Below, piece by piece: positions 56,738 through 64,000 of a DNA stretch of 64,000 nt (positions within the stretch are counted from its first letter, which is position 1; every line of letters begins with the position of its first letter). Made by a program: the position numbers and the translations under genes. Location: NCBI GenBank assembly GCA_965208105.1, contig OZ242318.1, forward strand, positions 2,816,001 through 2,880,000. Direction: 5' to 3'. Below the pieces are notes generated by a model that did not search any database, had not been told where the DNA came from, and worked only from the letters and a program-made list of their open reading frames with translations. Source of the stretch: Candidatus Latescibacterota bacterium (GTDB lineage Bacteria; Latescibacterota; UBA2968; UBA8231).

Positions 56738-58624
56738 CTAAGCGAACCTGCAACCCTTCAACTCTCTGGTGGATATGCGAATGCCGCCGGCTCTCAAACC
56801 GCGCACCGGGTAATCTGCAATGGAAAACTCCTGCCGCAGCACCCGCAGGCGCGGCTTGGGTTTGTAGTCGAGAACGACCTTGCGGTCCAAGCGGGTTGTA
56901 AGCTTCAAAACCTTACAACCTTCGGGAACGAGCCCATAGGTCCGGTTGAGGATAAACTTGTCGATGCGGCAGCGCTTGATGAAGGTATAGCCGTTTCTTT
57001 CTTTGAAGAGCACGGTGAACACCAGATCCTTGTCGACAAAGCCACAGTGGAGCAACTCCTTGCCCACAAAGAGCCTCCCGGGCGCGTCGGTCACCGAGTA
57101 GGTGCCGTCCTTGCGAATGACCAGAACCCTGTCGTATTGGGAAACCTCAAATAGAACTCTGCCCTCCACCTCACAGCCCAGATATCCTGTTTTTCTGTCG
57201 TAGCGCAGCTCGAGTTCGCGGTTGGCTGCCTCGCGCACATCTACCTTCGCAAATGAAACCACCTCCGTCTTGCGAGGGAACTCTGACCCGTACTTCTCTA
57301 CGAGTCTCTCGAGAAATGCAATAGTGTAGGGGATAATTGCTGCGAGGGTGGTCTCGATCTCCCTTAGACGTTTGCGGATCTCCTGCATCTCCTTTTCGGC
57401 CTTGCCGAGATCGTAAAGGGAAATGCGGCGGATGGGGATTGTCAGGAGAGCATCGACATCCTCGCGCGTGACCTCGCGGTCGATCTCGGCAGCGAATGGC
57501 TCCAGGCCCTCCAGCACGACCACGGGTATCCCGGGTGCATCGGATACTTCCTCGATAGCCTTGTAAATCCTGTTGGCTATGAAGATTTGCTCCAGGGTTT
57601 TGGCGTGAAGCCTGTCCTGCAGCCGCCTTGCCTCATTCTGCAATTCAACCTTGAGGATGTCGACCAGGCGGTCGACATTGTGCTGCAGAACTGAGGTTAC
57701 GCTCCTGATATCGGGTTTGTCAGCGTCGATGAGCATCATGCTCGTCGATATCGACACCTCGCAATCCGTAAAAGCGTAAAGCGCGTCGATTACTTCTCCG
57801 GCATATACCCCCCGTGCCAGCTTGAGTTCAATTTCGACCTCTTCGGCGGTATAGTCGTATATACTGGAAATCTTGACCTTGTTTTTCCTGGCGGCCTCTT
57901 CTATGGAGGCAATCAAACTCTCGGTGGTTGTGCCATAGGGGATTTCGCGGATGACGATTCGCTTGGATTCTCTGCTGTCCAAACGAGCTCGCACCCGCAC
58001 CTTGCCGTTGCCGTCGTCGTATTCGGAAACGTCGACCTGGCCCCCCGTGGGAAAATCGGGGTAGAGCTGAAACGGCTTATCCTCCAGGTAGGCCACCTGG
58101 GCTTGAAGCAGCTCGACCAGGTTGTGGGGCAAGATCCTCGTAGCCATGCCTACTGCTATTCCTTCCGCACCCTGCGCCAGAAGTACCGGAATTTTGGCGG
58201 GAAAGACCAGGGGTTCCTCGTTGCGGCCATCGTAGGAATCCAGGTACTGGGTGAGTTCCGGGTTGTAAAGCACCTCCCGTGCAAGAGGAGTCAGGCGGCA
58301 CTCGATATAACGCGCTGCCGAGGCCATGTCACCAGTGTAGATATTTCCGAAATTACCCTGTCTTTCGATAAACATATTTTTGTTGGCCAGAATCACCAGC
58401 GCCGCGCAGATGGCAGCATCCCCGTGCGGATGGTACTTCATGGCCTGGCCCACGACGTTGGCAACCTTGTGGAACTTGCCGTCGTCCATTTCAAACAGGG
58501 CATGGAGAATTCTGCGCTGCACCGGCTTGAGACCATCGTCGATGTGGGGGATAGCCCGGTCCTTGACGACGTAGGAAGCGTATTCGATGAAGTTATTCTG
58601 ATACAGGGTATCCAGATATGGCAT
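56738..58624 (-). CDS. parC: Type IIA topoisomerase subunit A (short ParC-type)
   Basis: DRAIPHIDDGLKPVQRR, YHPHGD, AARYIECRL, GIAVGMAT; short C-terminal domain with no GyrA box seen. Confidence 0.9.
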   Translation of the reverse strand: MPYLDTLYQNNFIEYASYVVKDRAIPHIDDGLKPVQRRILHALFEMDDGKFHKVANVVGQAMKYHPHGDAAICAALVILANKNMFIERQGNFGNIYTGDMASAARYIECRLTPLAREVLYNPELTQYLDSYDGRNEEPLVFPAKIPVLLAQGAEGIAVGMATRILPHNLVELLQAQVAYLEDKPFQLYPDFPTGGQVDVSEYDDGNGKVRVRARLDSRESKRIVIREIPYGTTTESLIASIEEAARKNKVKISSIYDYTAEEVEIELKLARGVYAGEVIDALYAFTDCEVSISTSMMLIDADKPDIRSVTSVLQHNVDRLVDILKVELQNEARRLQDRLHAKTLEQIFIANRIYKAIEEVSDAPGIPVVVLEGLEPFAAEIDREVTREDVDALLTIPIRRISLYDLGKAEKEMQEIRKRLREIETTLAAIIPYTIAFLERLVEKYGSEFPRKTEVVSFAKVDVREAANRELELRYDRKTGYLGCEVEGRVLFEVSQYDRVLVIRKDGTYSVTDAPGRLFVGKELLHCGFVDKDLVFTVLFKERNGYTFIKRCRIDKFILNRTYGLVPEGCKVLKLTTRLDRKVVLDYKPKPRLRVLRQEFSIADYPVRGLRAGGIRISTRELKGCRFA

Positions 58625-60453
58625 CAGACCAGATTCTCCATGATATAGGCGCGGCGTTCAGGAGTGTTCTTGCCCATGTAGAACTCGAGGGTCTGGGGAA
58701 CGGTGGACATGGAGCGGACATTGACTTTTACGAGCCTCATTCGGGATCCGATAAAGGGCCCGAACTCCCTGGGGGAGATCTCGCCTAAACCCTTGAACCG
58801 GGTGATTTCCGCGCGGTCAATTTTTTTCAGGGCGTTCTGGCGCTCGCGCTCGCTGTAACAGTACAGGGTCTCCTTTTTGTTCCGCACCCTGAAGAGTGGG
58901 GTCTCGAGAATGTATACGTGGCCCGCGCTTACCAGTTCCTCGAAGTAATTGAGAAAGAAGGTCATCAGCAGGTTGCGAATGTGAAAACCGTCGACATCCG
59001 CATCTGTGGCGATTACCACCCGGTTGTAGCGCAGATTTTCGACATCGTCCTCTACTCCCAGGGCCATCATCAAGTTGTATAGCTCTTCGTTCTTGTAGAC
59101 GGCAGCTTTGTTCCGGCCGAATACGTTTTGCGGCTTGCCTTTCAGGGTGAAAATTGCCTGGGTATTGGGATCGCGCGCCGAGACAATGGAGCCGGCTGCC
59201 GACTGGCCTTCGGCGATGAAGATGGTGGATTCTTCGCCGTGTTTCTTGTCGTATAGATGGTACTTGCAGTCCCTGAGATGGGGAATCTTGATTTCGATGC
59301 GGCGCGCCGCCTCTTTGGCCTCTTTTTTCACCAGGTTGAGCTCTTTGCGCAACTTTTCGTTCTGGATGATTTTTTCTTCGAGTTTTTGGGCAGTTCGGGG
59401 ATTTTTGTGGAAATAGTCAACCACCGCCTCCCTGACCTGGGCAACCATCCAGGGCCGAATATCGGTATTGCCCAGTTTGTTCTTGGTTTGGGACTCGAAA
59501 ACAGGTTCCTTGATCTTCACGGCAACGGCTCCGACCATGCCCTCCCGCGCATCGACGCCGTTGTAGTGCTTCTTGAAGAACTCGTTGGCGCCCTTGAGCA
59601 GACCCTCGCGAAAGGCACTCTGGTGAGTGCCCCCGTCGCTGGTGCACTGCCCGTTGACAAAGGAAAAGTAGGTCTCGCCGTAATTTGAAGTATGAGTAAA
59701 GGCAAATTCGAGGTAACGGGATCTGAAATAAACAGGTTCATAAATCACATTTTCTCCCACCTCGCCCTGCAACAGATCCAGCAAACCATTTTTTGATTCG
59801 AACTTTTTTCCGTTGAAAACAAGGCGCAGCCCGCTGTTGAGGCAGGCATAGTTCCACATGCGTTGCTCGACGTATTCGCGGTTGAATTCATAATCTTCAA
59901 AAATGGCCCCATCGGGCACGAACTCCACGAATGTCCCGTCTTTCTGGTCGTGCCTCTCACCTCTTTTCTTTCCCTGGAGAACGCCCCGCGTAAAAACTGC
60001 TTCACTGAATTTCCCACCCCGATAAGCCACTACCTTGAAATGGGTCGAAAGAGCATTCACTGCCTTGGTGCCCACGCCGTTCAGGCCGACGCTGAACTGG
60101 AAAATATCATCGTTGTACTTGGCGCCCGTATTGATTACGGACACACAGTCCACCACCTTGCCAAGAGGAATCCCGCGCCCGTAGTCCCGCACAATAACCG
60201 CGCCCGAGTCGATACTTACATCGATGCGCCTGCCATGTCCCATTACGAACTCGTCTACCGAGTTGTCCACGATCTCCTTGAGCAGAACATAGATGCCATC
60301 GTCGGGGTCCGAACCGTCACCCATACGGCCGATATACATTCCGGTTCGCAGGCGGATGTGCTCCAGTGAACTGAGGGTCTTGATCTGGCTCTCGTCGTAG
60401 GCCACCTTCCCGGCGGCTTTTGCACCGTTTCTTGCACTGCCATTCGCGTTCAT
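58624..60453 (-). CDS. parE: Type IIA topoisomerase subunit B (ParE-type)
   Basis: EHIRLRTGMYIG, EIVDNSVDE, DYGRGIP, AEGQSA, ATDADVDG, RFKGLGE. Confidence 0.9.
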   Translation of the reverse strand: MNANGSARNGAKAAGKVAYDESQIKTLSSLEHIRLRTGMYIGRMGDGSDPDDGIYVLLKEIVDNSVDEFVMGHGRRIDVSIDSGAVIVRDYGRGIPLGKVVDCVSVINTGAKYNDDIFQFSVGLNGVGTKAVNALSTHFKVVAYRGGKFSEAVFTRGVLQGKKRGERHDQKDGTFVEFVPDGAIFEDYEFNREYVEQRMWNYACLNSGLRLVFNGKKFESKNGLLDLLQGEVGENVIYEPVYFRSRYLEFAFTHTSNYGETYFSFVNGQCTSDGGTHQSAFREGLLKGANEFFKKHYNGVDAREGMVGAVAVKIKEPVFESQTKNKLGNTDIRPWMVAQVREAVVDYFHKNPRTAQKLEEKIIQNEKLRKELNLVKKEAKEAARRIEIKIPHLRDCKYHLYDKKHGEESTIFIAEGQSAAGSIVSARDPNTQAIFTLKGKPQNVFGRNKAAVYKNEELYNLMMALGVEDDVENLRYNRVVIATDADVDGFHIRNLLMTFFLNYFEELVSAGHVYILETPLFRVRNKKETLYCYSERERQNALKKIDRAEITRFKGLGEISPREFGPFIGSRMRLVKVNVRSMSTVPQTLEFYMGKNTPERRAYIMENLV

Positions 60454-60831
60454 TGGTAGCTCCGCTTTACAGGGAGATCTTGGTGCCGCGCCGTTGAATC
60501 ACGGCAGTAAACAGGAAAACAAGGGGAGATTTCTGAGAAGGAAGTGTTCCGAAAGGGGGGATCGAGAACGGTGCAACACAAAGAACCATGTAGAATCAAC
60601 CGTCCTCGGAATTAATTTCAAATACTCCTCTCAGTGTAGTCGGTTTAGCAAGTATACTGAACAAATATTCAGCAGTCAAGCCCTGCCTGGGCCGGGGAAC
60701 TGCCAAACCTGTTGAACAATTCGCCAATCAGGGGAGGGGAAGAGGGTGTAAAGGAAAGATCCGGAACAGGCAGCCGCCCAACTTGCCGCCCGGTTGCTCT
60801 ATCCGAAGAAAGGGACCCCTTGTCCAGGAGC

Positions 60832-62064
60832 TCATGCCGTGGCGACTTGCCGCCGGCTGATGGACTCTCCCTTCCTGTTTCGGCGCCGGGACCTTCTCTT
60901 TTGGGGAGGCCTTTTTCTGCCTTTCCGGCGGTGGCTTCCCGAAGGTCTTGATAGTTCGGGCTTTTCTCCCCGCCACACCGGATCGATGTGGTTGAGCCGC
61001 AGCAAGTCCGCAAGGCTGCCCAAGTCCCGTCCAGCCACAAAGGTCATGGCGGTGCCGAGACGCCCCATGCGCCCGGTGCGGCCGGTGCGGTGGGTGTAGA
61101 TCTCGGGAGTGCGCGGAAAGTCGTAATTGATAACGTGGCTCACGTGGGTGAAATCGAGTCCGCGACCGGCCACATCGGTGGCCACCATCATCCTGATCTT
61201 CTTGCTGCGAAAACGGTTGAATATGGAGATTCTGCGGTCCTGGTCGAGACCTCCGTGGATGTACTCCATGGACTTGAATCGCTTCTGTAGTTCCTTGAAA
61301 AGATTCGAACCGCTGTCGCGGGAGTTGCAGAAGATGATTGCCTGGGTTGATTGCTCTGCGCTCAGGTAGTCGACCAGGTCCCGGAGACGATTGTTGCCGA
61401 CGTGCTGGAAGTGGTGCGCCAGCGACTGGGGGGCCTTTTGATCCTTGTTCAATTCTATGCGCACGGGATTTTCGAGGTAGGAGCGGGCAAGGTTGTCGAC
61501 CCCGGCCGGCATGGTGGCTGAAAAAAGCAGAGTCTCGTGTTCATGGATCAAGCAGGACATGATGAAATCGATGTCCTCGATGAATCCCATCTTCAGCATC
61601 TCGTCGGCCTCATCGAGAACAACCGTATGCACCTGGGAAAGGTCGACGAGGTCCGTGTTCCACAAAAAATCGATGAGACGGCCAGGTGTAGCCACCAGGA
61701 TATGCACCCCGTGTCTCAGCTTGGCCCTCTGGATACTCATATCGAAGCCGCCGAATACCGCAAAGGGAGCGATGTCCGTAAACCGCGCAATCGTGTCGAT
61801 CTCTTGAACGTATTGCAGGGCAAGTTCGCGGGTGGGAACAAGAATGAGAACCTGGATGGCCTTCAGACTGGAATTCGTTCGCTGCACCAGAGGGATGCCG
61901 CAGGCACTGGTTTTTCCCGAGCCTGTTTCAGCCAGGCCCAGGACATCTTTTCCATTGAGAATATGGGGGATGGATTCTTCCTGGATGGGAGTCATTTCCT
62001 CGTAGCCCATCTCTTCCAGGGCCTGAAGGATTTCGGACGTCAGATTCAAAGCAGAAAATTTCAT
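60832..62064 (-). CDS. DEAD-box RNA helicase
   Basis: Q motif TPIQ, AETGSGKT, PTRELA, TPGR, DEAD, SAT, HRTGRTGR; basic tail; AAGGAG RBS. Confidence 0.96.
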   Translation of the reverse strand: MKFSALNLTSEILQALEEMGYEEMTPIQEESIPHILNGKDVLGLAETGSGKTSACGIPLVQRTNSSLKAIQVLILVPTRELALQYVQEIDTIARFTDIAPFAVFGGFDMSIQRAKLRHGVHILVATPGRLIDFLWNTDLVDLSQVHTVVLDEADEMLKMGFIEDIDFIMSCLIHEHETLLFSATMPAGVDNLARSYLENPVRIELNKDQKAPQSLAHHFQHVGNNRLRDLVDYLSAEQSTQAIIFCNSRDSGSNLFKELQKRFKSMEYIHGGLDQDRRISIFNRFRSKKIRMMVATDVAGRGLDFTHVSHVINYDFPRTPEIYTHRTGRTGRMGRLGTAMTFVAGRDLGSLADLLRLNHIDPVWRGEKPELSRPSGSHRRKGRKRPPQKRRSRRRNRKGESISRRQVATA

Positions 62065-62263
62065 GTATCTCCTTTTTGTATTGGAAATCCGGCTACCAGC
62101 TAATGTGAGGTAATTCGGGAAGTTTGGCAAATTGAAGACGGCGCCGGGGCGCGTTGCAGAATTGGGTGAAGATCGTATCTTAAGTCCACCCGGATCTTCA
62201 ACTGCGTCCGTCAACCGGGGTCAGTTGGAAAGATCAAAACCGCCTTCCACCACGGAATCCCTC

Positions 62264-63751
62264 ATGTCTGACGTTCGGGTGCGCCTTGCGCCTTCGCCGA
62301 CAGGGCCGCCCCATCTGGGCACTGCCTATACCGCGCTGTTCAACCTGGCCTTTGCCCGCAAGCACGGCGGGCGCATGGTCCTGCGCATCGAAGACACCGA
62401 CCGGAGGCGCTCGCGCCGGGAGTACGAAGACCGGCTCATCGAGGCGCTGCGCTGGCTGGGGCTGGAATGGGACGAAGGTCCTGACGCAGGGGGTAATTTT
62501 GGCCCATATCGGCAAAGCGAGCGCATCGAGATTTACCAAAAGCATGCGCGGCAGTTGGTCGACGCAGGACACGCCTATTACTGCTATTGCACTCCGGAGC
62601 GCCTGGACGCACTGCGGTCGGAGCAAAAAAGGCAGAAGCAGAAATTAGGTTACGATGGCCACTGTCGCGGTCTGGGCAGCGATGCTGCAGGAAGGGACCA
62701 GCCAAGAGATTCACCATTTGTCATCCGCATGAAAGTCCCCGAGCAAGGCACCATGGTGATCAAAGACAGCCTGCGAGGCGAGATCGGGTTCGATTTCGCC
62801 AATCTGGACGACCAGGTCATTCTCAAATCCGACGGATTCCCGACCTATCACCTGGCCGTGGTGGTGGACGATCACCTCATGGACATAACCCACGTGATCC
62901 GCGGCGAGGACTGGATCAACTCGAGCCCCAAGCACTGGTTGCTGTACAGGTACTTTGGCTGGGAGCCCCCCGAGCACACCCATTTGCCCCTGCTGCTCAA
63001 TCCGGACGGCTCGAAAATGTCCAAGCGCCGAAACCCCACCTCGGTCGAATATTATCGCAAAGCCGGCTACTGGGGCCCGGCTCTCCGCAACTATCTGGGG
63101 CTGATGAATTGCGCGTCGCCTGGAGAGGAGGAGAAATTTTCCTTTGCAGAAATGGTCGAAAAATTCAGTATCGGCCGCATTCGTCTGGGTGGTGCAATCT
63201 TTGATCTGCAAAAGCTGGACTGGCTGAACGGCCGCTACCTGCGCGAGGACATGGCGCCAGATTCCCTGCTTCAGGGAATGAAGAATTGGCTGCTCAATGA
63301 CGATTATCTCGGCCGCATAGTTCCCCTGATGCAACCGCGCATGGATACTTTTGGCGACTTCATGGCCCGCTGTGCGTTTTTCTTCGCTCGCCAAGTCACC
63401 TTCGAAGCGCAAGACCTGGTGCCGAAAAAGCGAACGCCCGAGGAAGTAATTCAGGTTTTGCAGACGGTTTTGTGGTCCTTGGAAGACCTCGATTCCTGGG
63501 AAAGAGACCTGGTCGAATCGGCAATAAGGAGAGTGGCGGAGTTCTGGGGCTGGCCCATCCGCGATATCACCTCTCCCCTGTTCACGGCGGTTATGGGCCA
63601 ACGGGTCGGGCCGCCTCTCTACGAGTCTACCGCCCTGCTGGGCGTTGATTTGACCCGGGCACGGTTGCTGCAGGCGATCGAAGCACTGGGGGGAATTTCA
63701 AAGAAGAAAGCCGCCAAGCTGGAAAAAGAATGGAACAGCTCTCGGAGATGA
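62264..63751 (+). CDS. gltX: Glutamate--tRNA ligase
   Basis: RLAPSPTG.PHLG, LRIEDTD, PTYHLA..VDD, HVIRGEDW, KMSKR. Confidence 0.97.
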   Translation: MSDVRVRLAPSPTGPPHLGTAYTALFNLAFARKHGGRMVLRIEDTDRRRSRREYEDRLIEALRWLGLEWDEGPDAGGNFGPYRQSERIEIYQKHARQLVDAGHAYYCYCTPERLDALRSEQKRQKQKLGYDGHCRGLGSDAAGRDQPRDSPFVIRMKVPEQGTMVIKDSLRGEIGFDFANLDDQVILKSDGFPTYHLAVVVDDHLMDITHVIRGEDWINSSPKHWLLYRYFGWEPPEHTHLPLLLNPDGSKMSKRRNPTSVEYYRKAGYWGPALRNYLGLMNCASPGEEEKFSFAEMVEKFSIGRIRLGGAIFDLQKLDWLNGRYLREDMAPDSLLQGMKNWLLNDDYLGRIVPLMQPRMDTFGDFMARCAFFFARQVTFEAQDLVPKKRTPEEVIQVLQTVLWSLEDLDSWERDLVESAIRRVAEFWGWPIRDITSPLFTAVMGQRVGPPLYESTALLGVDLTRARLLQAIEALGGISKKKAAKLEKEWNSSRR

Positions 63752-63764
63752 TCGTTTTGCGGAT

Positions 63765-64000
63765 TTATTTCTGTGCCGTTCTCCCTTGAGCCCTCTCGAT
63801 TTTTGTCCATGAGTCGCGCAATGCGACGGTGCGGTTGAATACCAGCTTGCCTGGGGACGAATCGACGCTGTCCAGGCAGAAGTATCCAAGACGCTCAAAC
63901 TGGTAGGGACTCTCCAGTGTCGCGCCTGCAAGACTGGGCTCGACACGGCATTCACCAAGAACCTCGAGGGACCCGGGGTTGAGTTGGTCCTCGAGGTTGG
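63765..64000 (-). CDS. glnS: Glutamine--tRNA ligase, C-terminal part (gene runs off the window; absent from the ORF track)
   Basis: My minus-strand translation: [16 protein letters not shown]...[15 protein letters not shown]....[13 protein letters not shown]. Confidence 0.92.
   Translation of the reverse strand, partial: NLEDQLNPGSLEVLGECRVEPSLAGATLESPYQFERLGYFCLDSVDSSPGKLVFNRTVALRDSWTKIERAQGRTAQK

Noticed and set aside
56738-60453. Unusually short topoisomerase subunits as possible truncations
   Set aside because: All catalytic motifs are intact and the genes are coupled; short ParC/ParE types are known.
1-64000. CRISPR array, tRNA/rRNA, prophage, integrase or defence system
   Set aside because: No regularly spaced repeats, RNA gene signatures or corresponding protein motifs were seen.

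Overview
Bacterial chromosomal window with no rRNA, tRNA or CRISPR array that I could detect. Both flanks carry housekeeping and metabolic genes. On the left (1-20.3 kb) are the 3' part of dnaE, map, hemB, rpsR, arfB and a sigma-70 factor. On the right (56.7-64 kb) are parC/parE-type topoisomerase genes, a DEAD-box helicase, gltX and the 3' end of glnS. Between them lies a ~36 kb mosaic metal-starvation island (~20.4-56.7 kb) with no integrase. It holds two Fur/Zur-family regulators and five promoters overlapped by a shared GATAAT-NN-ATTATC-type operator. It also holds three intact COG0523 metallochaperones plus two fragments, a ZnuD-like TonB receptor, Znu/Azt-type and Zrg-type ABC systems, a Cys-to-Asp HisI variant, a DsrE/SaoD-like protein, a flavoprotein and an extra lgt. 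Nested inside is a compositionally distinct ~13.4 kb cassette (34.2-47.6 kb). It encodes a TonB receptor, a HutX/ChuX-like protein, an ABC importer, a nitrilase-family enzyme, ExbB-like and DUF2149 proteins, an exported membrane-anchored CobN-family (HmuS-like) chelatase and a FhuF-type [2Fe-2S] reductase. This cassette is the best candidate for an undescribed system for importing metallo-tetrapyrroles and stripping their metal, apparently wired into a zinc-starvation regulon. Smaller observations include a 162-bp MITE that inserts at stop codons, an rpsR with a probable AUC start, and recombination scars. All functional calls come from motif recognition by eye; no database searches were run.
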